Of a stretch of DNA of 64,000 bases, positions 40,872 to 49,216 are shown piece after piece (the stretch's first letter is position 1; every line of letters starts with the position of its first letter). The DNA is from a virus: positions 64,001 through 128,000 of the IMG/VR virus record IMGVR_UViG_3300035034_002798, one strand, 5' to 3'. The notes below the pieces were generated by a model that was given only the letters and a program-made list of their open reading frames with translations, did no database searches and had not been told where the DNA came from. The position numbers were made by a program, and so were the translations under genes.

Positions 40872-41471
40872 TTATCCGCCCTTTTTTATATCAACATCCT
40901 GATAAAACCAGGGATTGTTGTATATTATTTCGTTAGTTAAACTTCCTATTACTTGACTCTCAAGAAAGTTGTAATAACTCTGTTTATAATAGTTATTTCT
41001 AAATTTAACTACTTCCTCGTGCATCTTGGTTGCATTCTTGATCGATTGGACACCATCAAGCTCAAAGTTTAATTTATCCAGGTCAACCTCAACAAGCCCC
41101 ACTTTAGGAGGCATATCATCACGAGTAAGCACATTTTTTGGAGCCATTATGTAATTATAGTCTCCTGCAAGTGTGTATCCTGCTTTGAAGTCTTCCTTTG
41201 ATACCTTAACTTCTATATTAAAAGCCGTCCTTCTTTTCTTGCGGCCTCTTACAGTCATTCCAATTACATCTGTTATTTGTTTTGTAGTTCTGTATTTTGA
41301 ATTTAAATAGGGATTTTTTTCGTCTCCTACGTAGACCTCTTTGGCAATAAACTTACAGTTCTTTTTATCTTTTAAGTACTTACTTGCCACGAGTTTGAGT
41401 AGGTAGTGTGTGGATGATTCATTAAGCGGTGGGTGTAAATCGGGGTTTGTTTTTAGTTCCATTATTATCAC
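40872..41471 (-). CDS. PD-(D/E)XK nuclease-like protein (mirror)
   Basis: Identical to 1478-2077. Confidence 0.6.
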   Translation of the reverse strand: MIIMELKTNPDLHPPLNESSTHYLLKLVASKYLKDKKNCKFIAKEVYVGDEKNPYLNSKYRTTKQITDVIGMTVRGRKKRRTAFNIEVKVSKEDFKAGYTLAGDYNYIMAPKNVLTRDDMPPKVGLVEVDLDKLNFELDGVQSIKNATKMHEEVVKFRNNYYKQSYYNFLESQVIGSLTNEIIYNNPWFYQDVDIKKGG

Positions 41472-41905
41472 TCTCTATTGTGTATTTATTATTTTATTGG
41501 AGATTATAAAAAGTTTATAAGACATTTCTCTGAGTATTTTTACATTCAAGTGCCGCCTTTTCTTTATTTGATTGCTGATGATTCGGTTAATAATAATAAA
41601 CTCTTTCATAAGTTTATCAATATCGTCTATTCTATTTACATACTCAGTGAACTTTTTGTACATAGGCTGACACCTACTTTTTTATTTTTTGAATTCGAAG
41701 TTCTTACCGAAAAATTCGTAAACTTCATAAACTCCAGATAGCGAACCGTGTCTAATGATCGTTTCGCCTTTATATATCCCAAATACTTTCATAAATAATT
41801 TGAACATTTAAACTACCCCTTTTCATCTTTCTGCGTTTTTATTCAAAGGACAATAGAGGAATCGAACCTCTCGAAAATGTACCGCCTGGTTTCTTGTCCA
41901 TATTA

Positions 41906-41981
41906 TGGTGGACCCAGCAAGAATCGAACTTGCAACAAGCCGGTTATGAGCCGGCGACTCTGCCGGTTGAGCTATGGGTCC
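41906..41981 (-). tRNA. tRNA-Ile2(CAT) (mirror)
   Basis: Reverse complement of 968-1043. Confidence 0.85.
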
Positions 41982-41985
41982 ATAG

Positions 41986-42070
41986 TATAAGGAGGAGGAT
42001 TTTAACCTCCGCTGTTTCTTCGTGTACGAGATTTACAATCTCGCGCCTTCAACCACTCGGCCATCCTTAC
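41986..42070 (-). tRNA. tRNA-Tyr(GTA) (mirror)
   Basis: Reverse complement of 879-963. Confidence 0.82.
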
Positions 42071-42295
42071 ATTTACTTACGAATGAGTAATATTCTCTAT
42101 CAATCTCCGTTACTCCCGGGGATAAAACTTTTTGCTATAAGGGCTGGATTCGAACCTGCGAATTAATTAGCACTTATTCTAGAATTATGTAACTAATCTT
42201 TAAACTCTCATTCTGTACTTTAAGAAATGATCACATCCCACTAATACAAAACTTCAGTTATTATTCCTTCCTTTATTCCTTATAACAAGTAAATA

Positions 42296-42371
42296 TGGCA
42301 GTAGAATCAGGATTCGAACCTGAGATCTTCTCATTAACAGTGAGCTGCTCTACCAACTGAGCTATTCTACT
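42296..42371 (-). tRNA. tRNA-Asn(GTT) (mirror)
   Basis: Reverse complement of 578-653. Confidence 0.92.
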
Positions 42372-42462
42372 TTACTGAGGGGCGCTCATGGCCTCTCTTA
42401 TTTGTCATTTCTATTACTTATCTATTACTTATCCACTCAACGGAGCGGATTTATTTATAAAT

Positions 42463-42535
42463 TGGGAGCAGGGGCGTGAATCGAACACGCGAAAGCGAGA
42501 TTATGAACCTCGACTGGACACCAATCCTCCCTGCA
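42463..42535 (-). tRNA. tRNA-Met(CAT) (mirror)
   Basis: Reverse complement of 414-486. Confidence 0.75.
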
Positions 42536-42538
42536 AAA

Positions 42539-42615
42539 TGGTATGACTGGTAGGATTTGAACCTACGACTCCTTCGTCCCAAACGAAGTTCCCTACCAAA
42601 CTAGGCTACAGTCAG
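42539..42615 (-). tRNA. tRNA-Pro(TGG) (mirror)
   Basis: Reverse complement of 334-410. Confidence 0.9.
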
Positions 42616-42898
42616 TTAAAGTTCTACATTAAGTCATTACTACATCTATTACAATAATGGTCTATTGACATTCTATTTTCATGGCCGCAATCTTCACATA
42701 CATTGATTTTCATTATTACCACCTCTTATAAAGTTATATTACTTATAGGAAATATCCGTGTTTCATTGCCTTATCTAAAGAATCTTCTCTAAAGAATCTT
42801 CTCTAAAATCTCTTGCCTTTGCTTCCATTTCGCCTGCCTTAAAAATAGCATCTGCGATTTCTTTTAACATTATTACCCTCTCCTTATCTTAGTTATAG

Positions 42899-43057
42899 TT
42901 ATTGTGAAGGGTTATTTTTTTGTAATCTATTTAAGGCTAGATTTTTGGTCCTTTGATTTATCTCCTCCTGAGTGTTCTTTCTGGAGATAATGATCTCATC
43001 CAGTCTATTGTGAACATATACATCTACTAATCTGTTTTCGTCTAATTGTCTTTTCAT
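42899..43057 (-). CDS. Small hypothetical protein, 52 aa
   Basis: AGGAGG SD; MKRQLDENRLVDVYVHNRL...; reads through 42948, so the left arm is simply cut at the window start. Confidence 0.55.
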   Translation of the reverse strand: MKRQLDENRLVDVYVHNRLDEIIISRKNTQEEINQRTKNLALNRLQKNNPSQ

Positions 43058-43195
43058 TGGAAAGCCTCCTTGAATGGATGTGTTATAGGAGTACCACTCA
43101 TGAGGGCACTCCTATTGGAGGGAGTATTTGTTGCGAGGGATTTAATTTGGTTTGTATCAATCTATAAAAATTTATTGAAAAGACTAGGGAATGAT

Positions 43196-43873
43196 TTATT
43201 CTTCTTCAGCTTCCGACTCTGCCTCTATCTCAACAGTCTTTTCCTTTTCTGATTCCTGCTTCTTTTTCAGAAGCTTGGCAGCATAAGTACTTGGATCCTG
43301 AGATATCTCGAGTTTATCAGCTGATTGGTCTTTTGGTGTTGCATTCAGGTAACTTAATATCTTATGTCTTCTATCTAATAGCTTATCTTTTAACTCAGCT
43401 ACTTTATTGATCTCTGGCTTTCTGATTACCTTACCAGAATCACTAACAGCTACCGGCACATCATTAATTAAATCTGGATCAGCCGCCTGTTTCCTGTCAG
43501 CCCTGTCTATTTTTATGTCAAGGTCTATTACCTCTTTAAGCAGTGATAATTCAACCATGTCTTTACTTTCTAAACCCATTTGTTTACTGTATTTCTCATA
43601 AAGGTCTAATACTTTTGCGATCTCTTTTGGACAACGCTCTCCTTCTGGGGCATTATCGTTTTTGTAATAGCCACACGTCTCCTTGTAAGGACATTTATCA
43701 TCAAGACATATCATAGGTATGCCGGCATAAAGACCGTGCTTAACCTGTTGCTCTGTCTTTGCGTGGGCTATATTTCTCTTCCCCTCTTCTGAGAGATTCC
43801 ATTCACTGGGATAGTTGTCTTCTGCTTCTTGTTCTATAACTTCTTGAGAATCGCTCATAACTTCAACCTCCAT
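43196..43873 (-). CDS. Probable terminase small subunit-like protein with Cys cluster
   Basis: KHGLY motif typical of many TerS; C-x4-C-x5-C...C; helical C-terminus; upstream of and co-oriented with the packaging operon. Confidence 0.5.
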   Translation of the reverse strand: MEVEVMSDSQEVIEQEAEDNYPSEWNLSEEGKRNIAHAKTEQQVKHGLYAGIPMICLDDKCPYKETCGYYKNDNAPEGERCPKEIAKVLDLYEKYSKQMGLESKDMVELSLLKEVIDLDIKIDRADRKQAADPDLINDVPVAVSDSGKVIRKPEINKVAELKDKLLDRRHKILSYLNATPKDQSADKLEISQDPSTYAAKLLKKKQESEKEKTVEIEAESEAEEE

Positions 43874-43910
43874 AATCTATATATGAAGGATAGCCGAGCT
43901 CCAGGCTGGT

Positions 43911-44069
43911 TTATGAGTTTTCCCTGCTCTGACTATCCTTATCATCGTCATTTTCTAACTTAACCCAGAAATTGCCGCAGTTACTACAGTAATATGCATA
44001 CATGCTGGGCTTTTTCCTATTGTCTAGTAATATTTTCTGAACATTGCTGTGGCATTTGTTGCATTTCAT
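43911..44069 (-). CDS. Small zinc-ribbon protein, 52 aa
   Basis: AGGAG SD; MKCNKCHS...YYCSNCGNFW; first gene after the conserved promoter element. Confidence 0.65.
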   Translation of the reverse strand: MKCNKCHSNVQKILLDNRKKPSMYAYYCSNCGNFWVKLENDDDKDSQSRENS

Positions 44070-44110
44070 CCGTTGTCACTCCTGTAAGCACGCCTTTATT
44101 TAAATGTGCT

Positions 44111-44195
44111 TCTATATATATAATACCCGTTTTAGGGGGTGTTTTGCCAAGTCGAAAAAGATTTTCCTAACCATTTCCAGTTTTTCTTGTTAAAA
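44111..44195 (-). promoter_or_regulatory. Conserved leftward promoter element, copy A
   Basis: TTTTAAC...TGGTTAG...ACTTGGCA-N19-TATTATATA; near-identical to copy B. Confidence 0.65.
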
Positions 44196-44204
44196 GAAAA
44201 TAAT

Positions 44205-44522
44205 CTACCATAAATCTGGAGAATCGCTGTGACTATTGTCGTGGGGAGCATCTGTATGCTGATTGTAGGTTCCGTCTGTGTGGTTATCGTGACTACCATT
44301 GTCATTATGATCATCATAGCCGTAATTTGAATGCGTATCATGACCATAGTTGCTGTGCGTATCGTGATCGCTGTGAGTATCATGACTTGACTCGCTATAA
44401 CCACCATCATCACTATAACCACTACCAGAGTCGTCCGAATGACCGTCCCCGTATGATCCAGCATCATAAGATCCTGTTTTATCATATTTAGCGTAATCAT
44501 CTACATATAAATCATATCCCAA
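44205..44522 (-). CDS. His/Tyr-x-Asp/Asn repeat protein B (putative radical SAM substrate)
   Basis: GAGGTG SD, TTG start; about 20 H/Y-x-x triplets (HSD, HDT, HSN, YSD, HTD); in an operon with the rSAM gene. Confidence 0.75.
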   Translation of the reverse strand: MGYDLYVDDYAKYDKTGSYDAGSYGDGHSDDSGSGYSDDGGYSESSHDTHSDHDTHSNYGHDTHSNYGYDDHNDNGSHDNHTDGTYNQHTDAPHDNSHSDSPDLW

Positions 44523-44553
44523 ATTAAATCACCTCTATCTTCTTTTGATATTA

Positions 44554-44883
44554 CTAACCTCTGTCAGTATGTGTATCATGCCCAGAATTTGTGTGATCGT
44601 CGTGGCCACTATTTGTGTGGTCATCATGACCGGTATTTGTATAAACATCATAACCATAATCCCGATGAGTGTCTGTGTAATCACTGTGGTCGAAATGTGT
44701 CCACCTTGCCTTGTCGTCATTTTCTGGAATATGGTTGCTTTGCTTTGCGTCGTTATCTACCACATTCCCTCTGAACTTACTATCATTATTTTTGATATCC
44801 CTGGCGTCTTTTACGTTTTCTCCTTTTAGTCTATCAGAATCTACCCCCCAATTATCATGGGGGTAGTCTGTATGTCCTCCCAT
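44554..44883 (-). CDS. His/Tyr-x-Asp/Asn repeat protein A (putative radical SAM substrate)
   Basis: AAGGTG SD; charged N-terminal leader-like half, C-terminal GHDDHTNS-type repeats; starts 17 nt after the rSAM stop. Confidence 0.78.
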   Translation of the reverse strand: MGGHTDYPHDNWGVDSDRLKGENVKDARDIKNNDSKFRGNVVDNDAKQSNHIPENDDKARWTHFDHSDYTDTHRDYGYDVYTNTGHDDHTNSGHDDHTNSGHDTHTDRG

Positions 44884-44900
44884 CCTAGCACCTTCTTTCT

Positions 44901-46115
44901 CTATCTATTTAATTTACTGCTGTCAAATAAAGATCTTTGAGCATGCATTCTCTTGAATGGATTGTGCTTACTGTTTCTGCCGGATCTATTTCTGTAATCT
45001 TTATGTTCATCTTCTATTCTTATCGGTTCATCTACTACTAGGTCTATATGTGGAAACATGGACTGCATTCTCTCTGTGATGTAAGCATAAGTTTTAAAAG
45101 TTGCTTTACAATAATGATCTTTTCTCATATAATCATCGTCTCTTGCTCTTCCTGGACAACCACCGTAACACACCTTGAAGAAACGGCATCCTTGGCAGTC
45201 TTTCTGTAATAATAACTCATGTCTACCAGTAAAACTATTATCATCAAAAGGAATTGGATTACCGCCTTCATCTACCTGTTTTACACACGTAGAAAGGTCT
45301 CCGTCTGGTAATACAACCCTGCCTGCTGGTGTTTTGAAAGGTTCGCACTTTGTTTGAGTGCAGCAGCCTAATCCGTATCCCATTAAGTTGTCAGCAAATT
45401 CCCTAAAAGGATTATATCTTCTACGAGGCGAACTCAGGACGTATTCAGCTAGTCTTTCATAAACTATTGCAGCTCTCTCTCTACTTAGTTCTATTTCTGG
45501 AGTATCTCCATCTATGAATGCAAGGTTTAACCTACCACCTGTAATATCAAATTCTTCTTCTAATCTTCTTAAAAAGTTTAAAAACTTGTCTAATTTTTCA
45601 TCAGTGCCAACATTACCTTGGTGCAATACGGAAATAAAACCTGGGCGTACACCAGCATCTACCAGTTTTTTAAGAGTATCTTCAAGTCTGTTAGTGTATT
45701 CTTTTGTTCTTTCAACATCTGGATAACCTCTTAGATCATTCAAGTCACCGAATCCATCAAAAGAAATTCCAACACCAACATCATGTTTTTTAAATAATTC
45801 TACATGCTCATCGGTGATAAGATTTCCATTTGTTTGGATTCCTACTTTTTTTCCTAGATCGTTTTTATCCAGAATCTCGTTTGAAAATCTAATCAATTCT
45901 TCTAACTCGTCTATCGGAAGCAGTAGCGGCTCACCACCGTGGATTGTGATCCCATCTCTATTGCCAAATCTTTCATGATGTTTTTCTATCGACTCTTTCA
46001 TTAGTTCTATATCAGTTTCTACATTGGACTTATCTGATTCTAAAAGTCCTTCCTGGTGTTCGTAACAATAATCGCAGTTTAAATCGCATTTTAGTACTGG
46101 TTTAACTAATAACAT
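44901..46115 (-). CDS. Radical SAM/SPASM-domain peptide maturase (anSME/triceptide-synthase-like)
   Basis: Start MLLVKPVLK after AGGGGGAG SD; CDLNCDYC, HGGEPLL, QTNG, GISFDG; SPASM cysteines CC-x4-C...C...CQGC-x5-C-x3-C...C. Confidence 0.9.
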   Translation of the reverse strand: MLLVKPVLKCDLNCDYCYEHQEGLLESDKSNVETDIELMKESIEKHHERFGNRDGITIHGGEPLLLPIDELEELIRFSNEILDKNDLGKKVGIQTNGNLITDEHVELFKKHDVGVGISFDGFGDLNDLRGYPDVERTKEYTNRLEDTLKKLVDAGVRPGFISVLHQGNVGTDEKLDKFLNFLRRLEEEFDITGGRLNLAFIDGDTPEIELSRERAAIVYERLAEYVLSSPRRRYNPFREFADNLMGYGLGCCTQTKCEPFKTPAGRVVLPDGDLSTCVKQVDEGGNPIPFDDNSFTGRHELLLQKDCQGCRFFKVCYGGCPGRARDDDYMRKDHYCKATFKTYAYITERMQSMFPHIDLVVDEPIRIEDEHKDYRNRSGRNSKHNPFKRMHAQRSLFDSSKLNR

Positions 46116-46146
46116 ACTTCTCCCCCTTGTTAAAATTAAATTATCT

Positions 46147-46233
46147 TCTATTATATATAATACGCATTTTAGAGGGTGTTTTGCCAAGTAGAGACTGGGA
46201 TTCCTAACCAAATCCCGTTTTTTACGTTAAAAA
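46147..46233 (-). promoter_or_regulatory. Conserved leftward promoter element, copy B (rSAM operon)
   Basis: TTTTAACG...GATTTGGTTAGGAA...ACTTGGCAAAACACCC..GTATTATATATA. Confidence 0.65.
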
Positions 46234-46402
46234 AACAGATGTTTGTGCATTTATCCTTTTAATATGAAAAAACTTGTGATAATATATAACCTGTTATCAC
46301 GGTATACGAGCATTATTTGTCTTAATTTGTCGAATAAAAAAAGTTCTTTTAAAGACTAAGTTATCATGATAACATAGATTATGTTGATAATTTTTTGATT
46401 AT

Positions 46403-46555
46403 AAGAACAGGAGAAGATCAATAATATATCAAACGATTAAGGAGTTGAATTTAAAGAACAGGAGAAGATCAATAATATATCAAACGATTAAGGAGTTGAA
46501 TTTAAAGAACAGGAGAAGATCAATAATATATCAAACGATTAAGGAGTTGAATTTA
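46403..46555 (+). repeat. Three perfect tandem copies of a 51-bp unit containing the ribosome-binding site
   Basis: AAGAACAGGAGAAGATCAATAATATATCAAACGATTAAGGAGTTGAATTTA at 46403, 46454 and 46505. Confidence 0.95.
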
Positions 46556-46558
46556 AAG

Positions 46559-46960
46559 ATGGGATTTAAGGCGGTTATGTTGGACAACACTGTAGAGCTT
46601 CAAGGGGAAACAGGTAGTAGATGTATAAACATAACAGGTGACCTATCGCTTAAAGTATTAAGAAGAGAATGTGGTAGTACTCTTATGTGTGTGAGCTGCA
46701 ATGAGGAATTTAGCAGTGAGGCCATTGGTAATACCCTAGAGATACCAGACACCATAATTGAATTGTTCGAACTAAGTAATGGTCAAAATTATAGCACCTT
46801 TGTTAATGATGACGGTTCGGTTTCAATAGAGTTTGAAAAAGATGAATGTGTTGTCTGTGAAAAGGATAGGACTGGTAGTTATGATTTAATACCAGCAAAA
46901 GAAAAATATGTCTGCGAAGAATGTTTTCAGAACATGAGAAAGCATAGACTACTAAGATAA
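46559..46960 (+). CDS. AbrB-like regulator with C-terminal zinc finger
   Basis: LEIPDTIIELFELSNGQ..TFVNDDGSVSI followed by CVVC...VCEEC, matching the clostridial AbrB layout; ATG 46559, with upstream in-frame TTG starts from the repeat. Confidence 0.6.
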   Translation: MGFKAVMLDNTVELQGETGSRCINITGDLSLKVLRRECGSTLMCVSCNEEFSSEAIGNTLEIPDTIIELFELSNGQNYSTFVNDDGSVSIEFEKDECVVCEKDRTGSYDLIPAKEKYVCEECFQNMRKHRLLR

Positions 46961-46977
46961 ATAGACTTAACATAAAA

Positions 46978-47007
46978 AAGACTGGCCCATTTATTTAGGC
47001 CAGTCTT
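46978..47007. terminator. Intrinsic terminator (possibly bidirectional)
   Basis: AAGACTGGCC/GGCCAGTCTT stem with an upstream A run, between convergent genes. Confidence 0.65.
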
Positions 47008-47056
47008 ACTTATTTATGGTTTTCCAAAAATTTTATTTTACACACCACTATATTTT

Positions 47057-47089
47057 AGTCCTGGCCATTTTCTGGCTGGGACTTTTTTT
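47057..47089 (+). terminator. Intrinsic terminator
   Basis: AGTCCTGGCCA/TGGCTGGGACT stem followed by a T run. Confidence 0.7.
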
Positions 47090-47258
47090 GTTTGTCTTCT
47101 AAGCTTAATAAACACCTACTATAAGGATTTAGGGTTAGTGATGATCAAATATGCACCCTCCGGCTACAAGCTCTTATAATGGTCGCTGTTCCCTGCTGTG
47201 GCTTACTTATTCGAGAATGTTAAGTCTATATTGGGTATTCATTAATATAAGCCCCTAA

Positions 47259-47672
47259 TTAGTCTCTTACTTCAACATGTTCGTAGAAATAGTCGATAGA
47301 TGTTCTGATGATATCTGACATATCTCTGCCTGAACGCTCAGATAACTCTCTTACTTTCCTCAATTGAGTTGGATAGAAGTAATAAGTCTTTTTTGTCTTC
47401 TGCTCCTTAATTCCCTTAGATTTAAGTATAAAAGAATCATCCCTTTCACTTTCAGAATCACTTTTAACATCACTTGCACTTGCAGAAGTGCCATCACTTT
47501 CACTTGCACCATCACTTTCACCATCAACATCTTCCGATTTGGCTTTATCCTTCTTACCTTTAACCTTATCTTTAAGCTTTTCATTAGCTTCCTGTTTTTC
47601 TTCGTCCTCTTTTTTAGTCTTCTCTTTCAAACCATTAAAGAACTCTTCATTTTGATCATCTTTTTTAGACAA
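47259..47672 (-). CDS. Ribbon-helix-helix centromere-binding protein (ParG-like, type Ib)
   Basis: Overlaps the parA stop; disordered N-terminus; C-terminal KKTYYF.PTQLRKVRELSERSGRDMSDIIRTSIDYF. Confidence 0.72.
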   Translation of the reverse strand: MSKKDDQNEEFFNGLKEKTKKEDEEKQEANEKLKDKVKGKKDKAKSEDVDGESDGASESDGTSASASDVKSDSESERDDSFILKSKGIKEQKTKKTYYFYPTQLRKVRELSERSGRDMSDIIRTSIDYFYEHVEVRD

Positions 47673-48429
47673 TTCTCTCCACCACCTTTTCTAGCACGGT
47701 AAAGTACTGCTTTGCCGCTTCCTCGTCGTATTCAAATACAGTCTTACCTAAAGAAGTTGATTCGGCTATTTTTGTCCTTCTGTGAACTGGCTCAGTTAAG
47801 AGCTCCTGTTCGTCCTCGAATATCTCTTTTAATAGTTTATATTTATCTTTGGCTTCATTAGTTCTAATATCAAACATAGTTGGTATTACTACCTGGATCA
47901 TATCGCTGCTTAATCTTAGATCATTTAGGTAGTCGTACATATTACCAACCGACTCTACTGAAGCTCCTTCAGTCTGGACCGGCATTATGATTGCGCTTAC
48001 ATATAATAATACAGCATCATTTACCATCGATCTTTTTGGTCCGCAGTCGAATATTACAAAATCATAACCTCTCTCCTCTAAATCTCCTAAGATTTCATCT
48101 AAAGCTATGTCCAATCTTCTGTGATTATTAAAATAGGATTCAATATATTTCATTTTAGAGTTAGGAAGTAAGTCTAAGTTTTCTCTTGCACTGACCACCA
48201 CTTCCTCGAACTTAGCAGGTATTTGATTGTCTTCCCGCTTTATCATGTCATAGATAGTCTTATCATAATCATCCTCATCAAAGCCTAGAAAAGAACTGCC
48301 ATTGTTTTGGTCATCCATATCTACTATTAGCACCTTATAGTCTAATTTAGTTAGACCATGGGCACAGTTTACTGCTGTGGTAGATTTTCCGACCCCTCCC
48401 TTGTTATTCATAACCGCAATTTTCTTCAA
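47665..48429 (-). CDS. parA: ParA/Soj Walker-type partition ATPase (no N-terminal HTH)
   Basis: KGGVGKST, VDMDDQ.N, YDFVIFDCGP, TMFD.RT; AAGGAG SD with TTG start. Confidence 0.92.
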   Translation of the reverse strand: MKKIAVMNNKGGVGKSTTAVNCAHGLTKLDYKVLIVDMDDQNNGSSFLGFDEDDYDKTIYDMIKREDNQIPAKFEEVVVSARENLDLLPNSKMKYIESYFNNHRRLDIALDEILGDLEERGYDFVIFDCGPKRSMVNDAVLLYVSAIIMPVQTEGASVESVGNMYDYLNDLRLSSDMIQVVIPTMFDIRTNEAKDKYKLLKEIFEDEQELLTEPVHRRTKIAESTSLGKTVFEYDEEAAKQYFTVLEKVVERIV

Positions 48430-48439
48430 ATTACCATCT

Positions 48440-48825
48440 CCTTTGCCATTAATTCTAGTTTTGCCATTAGTGTTACTTGCAATTGTGCTTGCAACCTCAC
48501 TTGTACTTCCATAAGCAATTGTGCAATTACTTTTAATTCTGGATTCAATTGTAAAAGCCCTTGTGCTTTCGCTTGTAGAATTACCAGTACTTGTGGTTTT
48601 GATTTCAACATTACTTGCACCAGTAATTTTAACAGCACTTCTGCCATTATTCTGCCAGCACTTGCACCATCACATTACCAGCACTTGCACCATCATTGTT
48701 GATGGGCTTGTACCATTGCCAGCAATTAAATCCCCGTCATAAGAGTAATTAACTTGCTTGCACTATTGCCATTACCATTACCAGCAATTGCACCAGGACA
48801 TTACTTGCAACAGCAATTTGCTGTC
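48440..48825. repeat. Degenerate hexamer-repeat tract upstream of parA (candidate centromere/operator)
   Basis: Many ACTTGC/ACCAGC/ATTACC/ATTGCC units, including CCAGCACTTGCACCATCA twice. Confidence 0.55.
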
Positions 48826-49216
48826 ATGGTTTTTGGCCTGTCTTGTTCTAATTATTCTCGGTCTATCTCTTTATTCCTGCTTTTTATTTTAATGAATCCT
48901 GTTTTTTTATAGCAAAAAGCTATTGGGATTATCAAAAATTATATGAAAATATTTTGAGACCACCCCTTTTATTTATCTTCCGCCCGGGCCATATATAGAC
49001 CCCACCCCTTTACGGTTGTTGTATGAAGTTGGAAAAATGCCATTGTAGATATCAAAAATTGGGGTAAAAACCTAGAGGGGGACCACGTATTATATATACA
49101 TTTATGTTTGACGTTCGACGCCCGACCCATCTAGAGAAGGCGTCACTTATAACTATTCCTCACTCGCAAGAGGAGGACCAAGTTAGTATAGGTGTCAAAC
49201 AGGAAGGAGTTTTATC

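Larger units (their letters stand above)
1..42948. repeat. Giant inverted repeat (fold-back); arms 1-21474 and 21475-42948
   Basis: Every ORF in the track recurs with identical protein on the opposite strand at 42949-x. Centre reads CCATTTTATGA|TCATAAAATGG with no loop. Base 1 (CCAAAAAT) mirrors 42941-42948 (ATTTTTGG). Confidence 0.97.

Noticed and set aside
21475-42948. A genuine second, diverged set of head and tRNA genes
   Set aside because: Translations are identical to the left arm and the axis truncates a gene; this is one sequence read twice.
44132-44829. Alternative-frame ORFs rich in Met/Ile/Thr/Val (44132-44500, 44535-44720, 44545-44829, 44571-44774)
   Set aside because: Shadow frames of the His/Asp repeats; only the H/Y-x-D frames have SD sites and operon-like spacing.
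46116-46211. 32-aa N-terminal extension of the radical SAM ORF given in the track
   Set aside because: It overlaps the conserved promoter element; the SD lies before the ATG at 46115.
46403-46555. CRISPR array
   Set aside because: Units are head-to-tail with no unique spacers, and no cas genes are present.
48358-48742. ORFs within the hexamer tract upstream of parA
   Set aside because: Open frames arise from the 6-bp periodic low-complexity DNA; no SD or recognisable domain.
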